A stretch of 64,000 nt of DNA, taken from Alphaproteobacteria bacterium (GTDB lineage: Bacteria > Pseudomonadota > Alphaproteobacteria > MPNO01 > UBA830). This document shows, one piece after another, positions 11,598-22,879 of this stretch. A program made the position numbers and the translations under genes. Within the stretch, counting starts at the first letter, position 1. The number at the start of each line of letters is the position of its first letter. The notes under the pieces were generated by a model. It was not told the DNA's origin. It saw only the letters and a program-made list of their open reading frames with translations, and did not search any database. The stretch is taken from the NCBI GenBank assembly GCA_964291215.2, contig OZ219791.1, forward strand, positions 2,752,001-2,816,000, written 5' to 3'.

Positions 11598-12557
11598 TCA
11601 GTCCCAGATTTCTTCCCAGGTGCCCTGCGTTGCGGCCTTCGAATATTCCGTTGCGCGGTTTTCGAAGAAGTTGGTGTGCTCCATGCCGTTGATCATTTCG
11701 TCCATCCACGGCAGCGGGTTCTTTTCGATGCGGTATATCGGCTGGAGTCCGAGTTGGGAAAGGCGACGGTCGGCGATGTAGCGAATATACTGCTTGACCT
11801 CTTTCCCTTCGAGGCCTTCAACCCCTCCCATCTCGAAAGCGAGATCGATAAATGCATCCTCGTGCTCGACCATTTCGGAGCAGATGACGTAAAGCGAACG
11901 CTGCAGATCTTCGGTCCAGATCTCGCGATTTTCCGAGACTAAGGTATGGAACAGCTTGATGATCGATTCGGTATGCAGGGACTCGTCGCGCACCGACCAG
12001 GAAACGATCTGGCCCATGCCTTTCATCTTGTTGAAGCGGGGGAAGTTCATCAGGATGGCGAAGCTCGCGAAGAGTTGAAGGCCCTCCGTGAAGCCGCCGA
12101 ACACGGCCAGGGTACGGGCGATATTTTCGTCGGTGTCGACATCGAACTTCTGCATGTAGTCAAACTTGTCCTTCATCTCCTTGTAGTGAAGGAAAGCTTG
12201 GTATTCGGTCTCCGGCATGCCGATAGTGTCGAGCAGATGGGAATAGGCAGCGATGTGGATCGTCTCCATGTTCGAGAACGCCGACAGCATCATCTGCACT
12301 TCTGTGGGCTGGAAGACGCGCGAATAGCGCCTCATGTAGCAGTTGTTCACCTCGATGTCGGACTGCGTGAAGAACCGGAATATCTGCGTGAGAAGATTGC
12401 GTTCCGCGTCCGAGAGCTTGTTGTGCCAGTCCTTTACGTCGTCGGCGAGCGGAACTTCTTCGGGAAGCCAGTGGACACGCTGCTGGGTCAGCCAGGCATC
12501 GTAGGCCCAAGGATAGCGGAACGGCTTGTATACCGGGTTGGACTCCAATAGCGACAT
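11598..12557 (-). CDS. nrdB: Class I ribonucleotide reductase beta subunit
   Basis: FFTQSD, ETIHIAAY (ExxH plus radical Tyr), TEGLQLF, RDESLH, NFFENRATEY. Confidence 0.95.
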   Translation of the reverse strand: MSLLESNPVYKPFRYPWAYDAWLTQQRVHWLPEEVPLADDVKDWHNKLSDAERNLLTQIFRFFTQSDIEVNNCYMRRYSRVFQPTEVQMMLSAFSNMETIHIAAYSHLLDTIGMPETEYQAFLHYKEMKDKFDYMQKFDVDTDENIARTLAVFGGFTEGLQLFASFAILMNFPRFNKMKGMGQIVSWSVRDESLHTESIIKLFHTLVSENREIWTEDLQRSLYVICSEMVEHEDAFIDLAFEMGGVEGLEGKEVKQYIRYIADRRLSQLGLQPIYRIEKNPLPWMDEMINGMEHTNFFENRATEYSKAATQGTWEEIWD

Positions 12558-12622
12558 GACGGCAGACAGCTCCTTGTCCTGAGGGAAACCCTGTTTCTGA
12601 GAATATTCGGGTGGTCGCCGGA

Positions 12623-14527
12623 TCACTGGCAGCTAAGACATTCCTCGTAGGTGTTGTCGTTCTGACCTTGCGCCGTGAGCGGCAGCGGCTCTTCGTACCC
12701 GTTAGTCGGGGCGACGTCACCATTAACCCCGTTTCCGTTCACGGGAACGGCGACGCTGGTAACGGACTCCGAAGCGTGGCTCTCGGCGCGGGCGACCGAC
12801 CGCGAGCGACAGTAGTAAAGCGACTTGACGCCCTTCTCCCAGGCCCGCCAATGCACCTCGTGAAGCGTCTTCTTGTGCACGTCGGCGGGTAGGAAGATGT
12901 TGAGCGACTGCGACTGGCAGATGAATGCCGCGCGATCTCCCGCATGGTCGATCAACCACCGCTGATCGATTTCAAAGGCGGTCTTGAACACATCCTTCTC
13001 ATCGTCAGTCAGAAAATCGAGATGCTGGACCGATCCCTCCCTGACCGTGATCGACGACCATGTGTCGTCATCGTCGTGACCCTTTTCGGCGAGCAGTCGC
13101 TTGAGGAACTTGTTACGTACCTGGAACGATCCGGAGAGGGTCTTGTGGGTATAGGCGTTGGCGGCGTTGGGTTCGATTCCGGGAGACGAGCCGCCGCAGA
13201 TGATCGAGATCGACGCGGTGGGCGCGATCGCGAGCTTGTTGGAGAACCGGTCCTTCATGCCGTAATCGAGAGCATCGGGACATGGTCCGCGCTCTTCGCC
13301 GAGCAGCAGGGACGCGGTGTCGGCCTGTTCTCTGATGTGCCTGAACATCCGCTTGTTCCAGACCTTCGCCATTACCGATTCGATGGGGACGGACTCGCTC
13401 TGCAGGAAGGAATGAAAGCCCATGACGCCGAGGCCGACGGAACGCTCGCGCATGGCGGCGTAGCTTGCCCGGTCCATGCTCGCGGGCGCCCGCTTGATGA
13501 AATCGCTGAGGACATTGTCGAGAAACCGCATCACGTCCTCGATGAACGTCGGGTGGTCATGCCACTCGAGAAAGCGCTCAAGGTTGAGGGACGACAGGCA
13601 GCAGACGGCGGTGCGTTCGTGGCCGTCCTTGTCGGTTCCGGTCGGAAGCGTGATCTCGCTGCACAGGTTCGACATCTTGACGTCGAGGCCGGCGAGCTTG
13701 TGGTGTTCGGGAACCGCCCGGTTCACGTGATCGATGAAGATGAAATAGGGCTCGCCAGTCTCGATCCGCGTCGACAGCAGCCGGATCCAGAGCGAACGTG
13801 CCGGCATCTTGCGAATGATCGCGTTGTCCTTCGGGCTCTTCAGCGCCCATTCCTCGTCGTTCTCGACCGCGCGCATGAATTCGTCGGTGAGGATGATGCC
13901 GTGGTGCAGGTTGAGCGCCTTGCGGTTCGGATCGCCGCCGGTCGGGCGGCGGATTTCTATGAACTCCTCGATCTCGGGATGGTCGATCCGGATATAGATT
14001 GCCGCCGAGCCACGCCGGAGCGAGCCCTGGGAAATCGCCAGGGTCAGGGAATCCATGACCCGGATGAACGGGATGATTCCGGATGTCTTTCCGTTGGAGC
14101 CGACGCGCTCGCCGATCGAACGCAGGTTGCCCCAATACGACCCTATGCCGCCGCCGAGCGCAGCGAGCCAGACGTTTTCGTTCCAGAGGTCGACGATTCC
14201 ATTGAGGCTGTCCGACGCCTCGTTGAGAAAACACGAGATCGGGAGGCCGCGTTCGGTACCGCCGTTGGACAGCACCGGCGTCGACGGCATGAACCAGAGA
14301 TTGGAGATGTAGTCGTACAGGCGCTGGGCGTGTGGCGAGTCGTCGGCGAAATGGCATGCCACGCGTGCAAACAGATCTTGGCATTCCTCGCCCGGCAGAA
14401 GGTAGCGATCAGCCAGTACGGCCTTTCCGAAATCGGTCAGATTGGCATCGCGGTTGCGGTCGATGTGTACGGTGATGCCTCTTTTCGACTGAAAGATGTC
14501 ATGTGTCTTGTGAACGAGATCCAGCAC
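12623..14527 (-). CDS. nrdA: Class I ribonucleotide reductase alpha subunit (no ATP cone)
   Basis: STPVLSN, PISCFL, SNLCSEI, IAPTASIS, KSLYYCRS, C-terminal ECLSCQ. Confidence 0.95.
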   Translation of the reverse strand: MLDLVHKTHDIFQSKRGITVHIDRNRDANLTDFGKAVLADRYLLPGEECQDLFARVACHFADDSPHAQRLYDYISNLWFMPSTPVLSNGGTERGLPISCFLNEASDSLNGIVDLWNENVWLAALGGGIGSYWGNLRSIGERVGSNGKTSGIIPFIRVMDSLTLAISQGSLRRGSAAIYIRIDHPEIEEFIEIRRPTGGDPNRKALNLHHGIILTDEFMRAVENDEEWALKSPKDNAIIRKMPARSLWIRLLSTRIETGEPYFIFIDHVNRAVPEHHKLAGLDVKMSNLCSEITLPTGTDKDGHERTAVCCLSSLNLERFLEWHDHPTFIEDVMRFLDNVLSDFIKRAPASMDRASYAAMRERSVGLGVMGFHSFLQSESVPIESVMAKVWNKRMFRHIREQADTASLLLGEERGPCPDALDYGMKDRFSNKLAIAPTASISIICGGSSPGIEPNAANAYTHKTLSGSFQVRNKFLKRLLAEKGHDDDDTWSSITVREGSVQHLDFLTDDEKDVFKTAFEIDQRWLIDHAGDRAAFICQSQSLNIFLPADVHKKTLHEVHWRAWEKGVKSLYYCRSRSVARAESHASESVTSVAVPVNGNGVNGDVAPTNGYEEPLPLTAQGQNDNTYEECLSCQ

Positions 14528-14940
14528 GCCTCTTCCTCCTGTCGGGTGACCGATGCGGTCAATACCTCCTACCGTGTCCAGCCACTATTGCCCGCACCCG
14601 TCGGTGGGCCCTGACTGCCGGGAAGCGGTTGCGCTTTCGCCGAAGGCATCCCGGTCCCCTTCGGCGGTTGAGCCCGTCCCGAAAACGTTCCACCTGTGAG
14701 CGTCGGCAGACCGCTTTTCGAACACGAAACACCACACCGAATACGCTGATCGTAACTCAATATCTAGGGGGCTGTCAACAAAAAAATACCACATAACGGA
14801 GTTCTTTCAATTTGGTGCAGTCTTGATCCACAGGCCGCCCGAAAGCCTTGACGGATAACGCCGAAACCGTTTCTCCGCCGTCCTGTGGACAGTGTGGATA
14901 TCCCGATGCCGGCGGCTGGTCGGCGAGTGATTCGCATATC

Positions 14941-15426
14941 TTATCCGGCGAACTCCTGCCCCGTGGTAACGAATCGCTCGAAAGCAGTGAGCGTCTCCTC
15001 CGATACGTGATGCTCGATGCCTTCGGCGTCAGCGCGCGCCGTCTCTTCGCTCACGCCGAGCGCCGCAAGGAACTCGACGACCAGCTGGTGTCGTCGCCGG
15101 GAGGCCTCGGCGATGCGCCGTCCTTCGTCGGTTAGGAAGATCGCGCGGTAGGGTTCGGTCTCGATCCATCCCGCTTCCCGGAGACGACCGACCATGCGCG
15201 CCACCGTGGGGCTGGTGACGCCGAGGCGTCGGGCGATGTCGACGGACCTGGCTTCGCCCGTGGCATCGATCAGGTCGGCAATGAGCTCGACATAGTCCTC
15301 CATCACCTCGGTCTGGCGCGCGGCCCGGACCTGGCGATGATGATCGGCCTGGTCGTCGGGCTCCGGAAGGACCGGCGCCACGGGCGGGCGTATGTCGGTG
15401 GTGTCTATCTTGAGCTTTCCAGGCAT
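14941..15426 (-). CDS. mntR: Manganese-binding DtxR-family transcriptional regulator
   Basis: [37 protein letters not shown]; start approximate. Confidence 0.85.
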   Translation of the reverse strand: MPGKLKIDTTDIRPPVAPVLPEPDDQADHHRQVRAARQTEVMEDYVELIADLIDATGEARSVDIARRLGVTSPTVARMVGRLREAGWIETEPYRAIFLTDEGRRIAEASRRRHQLVVEFLAALGVSEETARADAEGIEHHVSEETLTAFERFVTTGQEFAG

Positions 15427-15662
15427 CCGGTCGCCATGATTTCCAACGGCATTTCCCCGGCCGTCGCCCTGCGGACCCGCATCGCCCGCACCGCAATCCC
15501 GGATGGAACACGCCAGTGCTCCTGCGTCCGTTATCCTACCACAGTTTTCCCGGCCTGCAGCATTCGCGCTTCCTTTTCGTCTGAACCATGGCCGTCCCAT
15601 CGCCATGCATAAACAGCGGTGATCTGGTGTATCATGGGGGAGCCGTTCATGGGGAGGGATAC

Positions 15663-16160
15663 ATGTTGCTCGAAGGATCCTGTCACTGTGGCGCCGTAAA
15701 ATTCACGGTCCAATCCGATACTCCGTATCCGTACAACCGTTGCTACTGCAGCATCTGCCGCAAGACCGCCGGAGGCGGCGGCTATGTGATCAACATCATG
15801 GGCAATGCGGATACACTGAAGGTCGACGGACGGGAGAACATCTCCATCTATCGTTCGGCCAGCAACGACCGTGGCGCTTATGACGAGGACGGGCTCAGCG
15901 GCGCGCATCGCCACTTTTGCTCGAAATGCGGTTCCGCGCTGTGGATCTACGGCCAAGCCTATCCCGATTGGATCTATCCGTTTGCCTCGGCAATCGATAC
16001 GCCGCTTCCGCAACCGCCCGAGAACACCCATCTTATGCTTGCCCACAAGGCGTCATGGGTTGATCTGCAACGCGGCGAACGAGACGCCGTGTTCGAGCAG
16101 TACCCGGATACCTGGATTGCCGACTGGCATCGCAGCCGGAACCTCTTCGGACGGTCCTGA
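15663..16160 (+). CDS. GFA-family (CENP-V-like) zinc protein
   Basis: [27 protein letters not shown]. Confidence 0.85.
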   Translation: MLLEGSCHCGAVKFTVQSDTPYPYNRCYCSICRKTAGGGGYVINIMGNADTLKVDGRENISIYRSASNDRGAYDEDGLSGAHRHFCSKCGSALWIYGQAYPDWIYPFASAIDTPLPQPPENTHLMLAHKASWVDLQRGERDAVFEQYPDTWIADWHRSRNLFGRS

Positions 16161-16189
16161 AGCGGCCGGCTGACGCCGCTTGCCAGAAC

Positions 16190-17116
16190 ATGGCTGGGCG
16201 CGCAACGAGCGCGGTCGCGGGCGACCAGTCCCCCGGGTCGGACGCCAATCTTGCCGGAAAAAAGCTCTTCTGCTTCGGGCTCGGCTACAGCGCGATGGCG
16301 CTTGGCCGCCGCTTGGACGCCTCGTCCTGGCAGGTCGGCGGCACCTGTCGCAGTGGCGCCAGGCGCAGGGCTCTTGAGGTGCTGGGCCTTGATGCCGCGG
16401 TTTTCGACGGAGCCGCTCCGATGGTTCCACCGCAGGCGCTGACCGGGGCGACCCATGTGCTGGTTTCCGTGCCGCCGGATGCCACCGGCGACCCGGTGCT
16501 GAGATGGCACGCGGACACCCTTGCCGACACCGATGGGCTCCGGTGGGTCGGATACCTGTCTACCACTGGCGTCTATGGCGATTACGACGGTGGCTGGGTC
16601 GACGAGGAATCGGAACTCCGTGCGACCAGCGATCGGGGCCGGCGTCGGATCGCTGCCGAACGTGCCTGGCTGGAGTGGGGGCGGGCGCACGGCGTTGCAG
16701 TGCATGTGTTCCGGTTGGCGGGCATTTACGGCCCGGGACGATCGGCGATAGATCAGGTCCGGCGGGGAACCGCGCGCCGGATCGTGAAGGCCGGACACCT
16801 TTTCTCGCGGATCCATGTGGAGGATATCGCGACGGTTCTTGAGGCTTCTATCGCCTTGCCCGACGGCGGCGCCGTCTACAACGTCTGCGATGACGAGCCT
16901 GCGGCGTCGGCCGATGTGGTCGCCTATGCCTGCATGCTGCTCGGCGTGGAGTGCCCGGTGGGGGTCCCGTGTGCCGAAGCGGAACTGTCACCGATGGCAA
17001 AGAGTTTCTGGGCCGACAACCGGCGGGTCCGCAATGACCGCATCAAGGCGGAATTGGGCGCAACGCTCGCGTTTCCGGACTACCGCAGCGGACTTCGCGC
17101 CATTGCCGGGCTCTGA
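16190..17116 (+). CDS. NAD-dependent epimerase/dehydratase (atypical SDR)
   Basis: FCFGLGYS, YLSTTGVYGD, FRLAGIYGPGR, FSRIHVEDI, YNVCDDEP. Confidence 0.85.
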   Translation: MAGRATSAVAGDQSPGSDANLAGKKLFCFGLGYSAMALGRRLDASSWQVGGTCRSGARRRALEVLGLDAAVFDGAAPMVPPQALTGATHVLVSVPPDATGDPVLRWHADTLADTDGLRWVGYLSTTGVYGDYDGGWVDEESELRATSDRGRRRIAAERAWLEWGRAHGVAVHVFRLAGIYGPGRSAIDQVRRGTARRIVKAGHLFSRIHVEDIATVLEASIALPDGGAVYNVCDDEPAASADVVAYACMLLGVECPVGVPCAEAELSPMAKSFWADNRRVRNDRIKAELGATLAFPDYRSGLRAIAGL

Positions 17117-17179
17117 GTTCGCTGCCGGACGGCGACCAGCTCTCCGCAGCAGGCATCGTTCCCCGGGATCCGTTCCGGG

Positions 17180-17950
17180 TTATTTTTCGACCTTGAGGGC
17201 GAGATCGTCGACCACCAGTTCGAGCCGGGTGAGATCCTGATCCCGCGATAGCCGGTGGTCGCCATCCTTGATCAGGAGCATCTGCACGTCATCTGAAAGC
17301 AGCTGTTCGGCGATTCTCGCTGAAGTCATCCACGGCACGGCTACATCCTTCATGCCGTGGATCAGCGTCACGGGACAGTGAATTGGGATCCGGCGCCGCA
17401 GCAGCAGGCGGTTCCGGCCGTCTTCTATCAGTACCTTGGTTACCGGCCGCGACTCGCCGCCCTCGTCGGGAAGCCTGCAGTATCCGAGACGGTCGAGTTC
17501 TTCGCGCTCCAGCGCGCCGAGGCGATTCCATATCAGGTCCTCGGTGAAATCCGGTGCGGCCGCGACCCCGGCGAGAGCGGCGACGCGTTCCGGCCGGGCG
17601 AGCGCCGCCAACAGCATGATCCAGCCGCCCATCGACGAGCCGACCAGGATCTGGGGGCCCTCTGTGCATGCGTCCAGCACCGCAAGCGTGTCTTCGGTCC
17701 ACAGGCCGATGGTGACGTCGGAGAACTCGCCCGACGACTCGCCGGTTCCCTGGTAGTCGAAACGCACGAATGAGCGGCCGGCTTGCCGACAATGCTGTTC
17801 GAGGCAGGTCGCCTTGGCGCCGAGCATGTCCGACATGTAGCCGCAGAGAAAGACGACTCCGGGTGTGCTGCCGTCGAGTTTCCTGTAGGCGAGTTCCCGG
17901 CCGCCTGGGCGCGGCAGCTTCCGTGGCGGATCTTTCAGCGTCGTTTCCAT
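17180..17950 (-). CDS. Alpha/beta hydrolase (ABHD10-like)
   Basis: RFDYQGTGES, LVGSSMGGW, IHGMKD, DGDHRLS. Confidence 0.85.
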   Translation of the reverse strand: METTLKDPPRKLPRPGGRELAYRKLDGSTPGVVFLCGYMSDMLGAKATCLEQHCRQAGRSFVRFDYQGTGESSGEFSDVTIGLWTEDTLAVLDACTEGPQILVGSSMGGWIMLLAALARPERVAALAGVAAAPDFTEDLIWNRLGALEREELDRLGYCRLPDEGGESRPVTKVLIEDGRNRLLLRRRIPIHCPVTLIHGMKDVAVPWMTSARIAEQLLSDDVQMLLIKDGDHRLSRDQDLTRLELVVDDLALKVEK

Positions 17951-18127
17951 GATTCTTCCACCGGTCCCTGCGGTTGCGTGCGCGCAGGCCGAATATATCC
18001 GCCGCTCACGTGAAACGGGAGTGGGGGCATGTGCGGTGTCGATACTCGAACCCCGGGGCCGCGAATCAGGAGGTGCCTGGACCGGCCCGCGGCCTGTATT
18101 TCTGCGCGAGCAACAGCGCCAGTTCAC

Positions 18128-19319
18128 CTAGTAGTCTGGCATTATTGGATTGAGTGATATAGTGACTTCAGTTTCGTCCGGGCATCCTTCGTCGTGAAAC
18201 GCCAGTCGACAGTGACATCGGCCGCATTGCGGCGCTCGACCCACGCCGCCGTCTCCCGCAGCATGGTGTCGCGGTCGGGAATGCGTCGCCGAAGGCATTG
18301 CCGCGACAGCGCACCGATCTCGGCCATGTTGAGCCAGCTTCCGTGCTTGGGCGTGTAGCGAAACTCGAACCGCTTTCGCACCCGCCTCCTCGGGCTCGAA
18401 GGCTTCATACAGTGACTGTGCGTGTTCAGATTGTCCAGCACGATCTTCCTGTCGGGGAAATGGTCGTCGGCAAGCTCCCGGATGAAGTGTGCCCAGTCCC
18501 GCGGCGGTCGGTGACTTTCACCGTGCGCCAGTTCTCGTTGGGCGCAAAGGCCATGAAAAGGTTGGCCGTGCCGTTGCGCTCATATTCATAGTCAACCACC
18601 TCCGGCTGACCGGGGGGTTTCCTTCGTCTGCTGCCGGCTGGTCTCAGCACCTCGTCCCTGGCAAAGTCCCGCTGACAAATGTCAAGCATGTCCGCCGCCA
18701 CGAACTGTGCGCTCCGGTGCGGTGGAATGCAGCACCAGTACTGCTTCAGCCACGGCTTGATCTCTTTTTTTAGCGTCTTCCTGACCGTCTCTTCCGAAAT
18801 GCGCTCGACGATCTCCACCAGACGGCCGGCGAGCAGCTTCAGCGTCCACAGCCCTCGGGCGGGGACGAGACCAGCTTCGCCTCCATCGCCCCCGTTTTGG
18901 CCGGCGGTTCACCTGCTCCTTGCGGCTGAGGGCGGCGTCCCTCCAGGACGCAGCGCTTGCGCAAGCGCTCGAACGTCGCCGTGCCGATGCCCAGCGCAAT
19001 GTCGGCATCGACAAGCGCCCCCTCAGCATCAGGATTTGTGCCCGGCGCCAGGCAGCCCCGGTGCCCGATCGCCTTCAGATCCCGGCGCTCCTGCGCCGAA
19101 AGGGTCACGCGGTAGAGCTTCCTGCCCCGAGAGTTGGCCATATACGCTGCTCCTGTCATTGCGCCGCTCCCGTTGTCCGGACCTGCACATGGGGCTGCGG
19201 CTGCCTGCCTGTTCGGCATCTTGCCCGTGTGGATATCGACACTGTCCGGATTCCAACGGATGCCGACACAGGAATACAACCCACCAAAAACCATTAATAC
19301 AATGCCGGTGGACTACTAG
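18128..19319 (-). mobile_element. IS630-family element, copy 2, transposase pseudogene
   Basis: Same ends and CTAG flanks as 6243-7441, in reverse orientation. Confidence 0.9.
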
Positions 19320-19347
19320 TCATCTGGAACTGAAGTAAGTATGATTG

Positions 19348-20802
19348 GTAACTGCTCACCCCTTGGTTCCGGCTTGATGTCGGGGTAGAGTAACGAACGG
19401 GTTTTCGTGGAGATTTGACACCCGATTCGTTTAGTGGTGGTCATCGAGAACGACGGGGACCGCCAGTGGGCTACTTTGGATCGAAGGCGACGAGCGGGCT
19501 GTGCCAGCTGCTTCCGGGGCTCCAGCCCCCGCATGATCTGTATGTGGAAACGCATCTCGGAAGCGGCGCGCTGATGAAGCGCAAGGCCGGGTGATGGCGA
19601 CGGGCGGCGCGCGAGGAGTTCGAAGCGGCCAAGATCGCGGCGCTGCCGGCAAGGTGGCGGAAAAGGCCGTCATCCGCGTCCTCGTCATCCTGCTCGACAT
19701 CCTCATCGTCGTCCTTCTGGAGAAGACCACGCACGAGCCGGACTCCGGTCTGCCGCCGTCACAGACGGACAAGAGCGTGCCGGGAGCAACGGCCCGAAGC
19801 CGAACCAGCAGATGGGCGACAACCTGCGCAAGATCATCGTCGAGGAGACGGTCGCGGCCTGCGATACCTGCGGCGCCGGGGACATCGACGGCCCCGTCGA
19901 TCGGGAGCGCCGCACGACATCGTGTTCGAGGTCGCGCCGCGTCGACGCCGAGGAATGCCCGAAGTGCAAGGGCCGGTTCCCCGACAACATCCCGTGCAGT
20001 ACGGCATCCAGGCCCTCGTCATCAACCTGCCGGTCGCCCAGATGCTGTCCCTGCGCCGTCGCGCTCGTGCAGGCGATCTCCGGCATCAAGCTCTCCGAGG
20101 CCTCGGCTATGCTTTCACGATGCGTCATGGGAGGAGGCCGCCGTGGCGCACCTCCTGCAACGCCCGATGTCGATGATTTCGGATCAACAGTAAGTGGCTT
20201 CATGTCGTCGGGACGTGCAAGTTCCCGCACCGCAAGCGCGGGCAAGAGATCGGCCCGTGCTACAAGGGCGTCCTGGGCCTCGTACATGGGCCAGTGTAGC
20301 CACCAGCTGTGCGGCAGCCACCTGCTGCGCGAACTGACCTTTGTCGTCGAGGCTACCGCGCGACTGATGAAGAGCCTGCTCCCTGCCACAAGGTCAACAA
20401 GAGCGCATCCAAGACCCTGAACGACGACGTGCGCAAGCGCTACCGCACCATCAGGGCGCCAGGGAACTGCCCGATATCCCGACGAAAGGAAAACGTGGAC
20501 GCAAGTCCGACGCGCACAACCTGCACGAACGTCTCGTGAAACACGAAAACCTGCGCTTCACAGACGACCCCAACGTCAGCTTCACCAACAATGCCGGAGA
20601 ACAGAAGATCAGGATGGCAAAGGTCAAGGTGTCCGGATGCTTCCGCTCCACGCAAAAGCATGGTGCCAAGCTACCTCACCTCCATGGCCGCACTCGGCTA
20701 CAACCCACTCGTCGCCACCCAGATCGCCCTCGACGGAAAAGCCGCAGACATCATCAACGAGCACTATGGCCAATCAGAACCCAACAAGGGGTGAGTAGAT
20801 AC
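19348..20802 (+). mobile_element. Degenerate IS66-family element with methyltransferase passenger fragment
   Basis: GTAACTGCTCACCCC ... GGGGTGAGTAGATAC ends; fragments HQLCGSHLLREL, SFTNNAGEQKIRMAKVKVSGCFRS. Confidence 0.8.
19466..19594 (+). pseudogene. N-terminal fragment of a Dam/D12-class DNA adenine methyltransferase
   Basis: Own translation from GTG: VGYFGSKATSGLCQLLPGLQPPHDLYVETHLGSGALMKRKAG, resembling motif X (YxGxK) and SAM-binding motif I. Confidence 0.65.
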
Positions 20803-21960
20803 TCAGATTGAAGATCAGCGTGATCCTGTCGAGCCAGCTGTCGCACCACTCTTCCAGCCCCTCCTGCCGCAGCCTCGATCACATCGCGCCTGGAGTGCGC
20901 CCGGCAAAAGCAGAGGATCACCTTGCCATCAAGCTCGCGCGCCAGCTTCTTGCAGGCCGCGTAGCGGTCGCAGACAAGGAAGACGATGCCTTCGGTGGAG
21001 CCGAACAGCATCATGGCCACCCGGGCGCTGCGTGACGAGAGGAAGAAGTCGGCGCTGACCGCGTTCCACGGCCAGGCCTTCTGCGAGCGCCCCGAGGCCT
21101 TCTGGATACGCCAGCTGGTCTCGTGGCGCACCGTCTGATGCTCGAGGATGGCCTGAGCGAGAGGCGCGAACATCGGCTTCATTCTCGTCATGCCGCCAGC
21201 GATCGTTCCCGGCGCCATCGGCAGTCCCTGGTCCTCCAGCCATCGCGAGGCAGGGGCCGCAAGCAGGCGTAGCGCTCACAGAGCACATATCCCCGGACAC
21301 TGGTGCCGAAGAGGGTATTCGCAAACAAGCGCAAAGGGGCCGGCGCGATGATCTCCGCAGGCGCCGATGGACACTGACAACCACGGCGCCCACGGACAAT
21401 CCGGCGGGCATGAGCCTTGACATGGACCTCCATGATCAAGGTCTCGTGGCTGCCGTTGGCAACATGGCGCTCGCCGCAACACGGGCACTGCGATGCCGGT
21501 GAATCATGGCGCTTCTCCTCGAGCTTCGCACGCGGGCCGTGGCCGCTCTTGCCAGGTTGCTGACCCTGCTTGTTCCCGGTGCCTTCCTTCTTCTCGCTCT
21601 TCGACCCGAAGCGCGCCTTCGCGTGCCTGGCACGCGTCCCGCGCAGCTTCGCCAGCTCGCACTCCTGTTCAGCGTTCTTGCGCTTCAGAACGTCCCTTTC
21701 CCGCTCCAGCGCCTGCTTCGCCTCCCGGCAAGCCGCCTTCAACTCCGCACGAGCCGCCTCGAGCTGATGACGAGTGCGGTCGAGATGAAACTTCAATGTG
21801 CCCGCACGGGCAGCAATCTCCGCACAGCGCAAATCACGCATACCCGCATCCGCTCCGCCTCATGGAGCGCCCGCCAGTCAGGCGCCTCGCATCACAAGGC
21901 GCCTGACATGGGCCGTCGCCACCTCCCGTCAGCGGTTGTGCCGCTCCGCACGTCTCGTCG
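20803..21960 (-). mobile_element. Second IS66-type transposase remnant, 3'-truncated
   Basis: Coiled-coil N-terminus, RFGSKSEKK, GQQPGKSGHG, CPCCG, ETSWRI, LVCDRYAACKKL, CRAHSRR. Confidence 0.7.
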
Positions 21961-21971
21961 AAAGACTCCAT

Positions 21972-22280
21972 GGGTGAGAGTTTCGTATGGCACAGTTGCA
22001 GGCTCAGTACCATTTGTTCATCTCACAGTGCCGGGGTGTGATTTGGGCTGATGTTGTCGTTGGCTGGTGCGTCGTCTGCACCGATCATGGCCGTCCACGC
22101 GCTCTCGAAGCGGCCGGCTTCGAGCAGGGCGGAAGATGATTGTCCGCCGACGATGCGCCAGCGCATGCCGGAGCGTTTCATGCGCTGTGTGACGAGGGTC
22201 TTGTTTGCCGTCTCGACAATTCCCGAGCCGGTTGCTTCAGCGCGTGGTAGCGCATGCGGTGGCGATGCTTGCGGAAGAAA
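21972..22280 (-). mobile_element. ISKra4/ISLre2-like 3'-end remnant
   Basis: LVTQRMKRSGMRW motif; about 230 bp matches 48242-48481 in inverted orientation. Confidence 0.55.
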
Positions 22281-22879
22281 GGACAGTTTCCTGTTGTTGG
22301 CAGATCCTCAGAAAGACCGGAACCAACCAGAATCAGCCATCACCGCGTGACCGAACGCTTACAAACAACCCGCCCGCGCGCCGATAACGCCGCCGGCGAC
22401 GATCGCGGACGGCCCCGAAGCCAGAAAACCCGGCACGCTGTGAAACCTCCGGACAGCAGAAGACAGCAAAATTGAATGCAGCATGAGAAACGTCTGGTCT
22501 TGTTAAGGAGGCGCCTTGACGAACCGGATGACATGGTTACAGGAACGAAGGATGGAGAAGTTTGAGGATGTGCCGGACGGCTTTGAGGAGAAGCGTCTTT
22601 CGGCGATGGATACGGGTTCCCGGCGAATCCGGGGGCGATCGCATCAGGTCTCTCCAGCAGCAACTACGTCTGTCGACACTCGAATGTCGCGCGGATCGCC
22701 TCTGCCACCACAGGTCCCCGACACTCGAACATGGTTGCGAGCGCCCGGAGATCGTCAAGGTAATTGTGGTCTCCCCCGAATTTTCGGCGGCAACAATTTC
22801 ATGCGCTACTGCCAACCGCGATCGGCGGCTTTGTGAGCGGGCATTCTCCATTCGGCTTGAGTGCGGGCCTGTTCCCGTT

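Noticed and set aside
11598-15426. mntR next to nrdAB as a sign of a manganese-type reductase
   Set aside because: NrdB shows ordinary class Ia-like ligands and the radical Tyr, there is no nrdI, and adjacency alone is insufficient.
22300-22830. Further IS scraps (an IS66-like end near 22364 and an ISNCY-like N-terminus near 22530)
   Set aside because: Too short and degraded to delimit or assign confidently.
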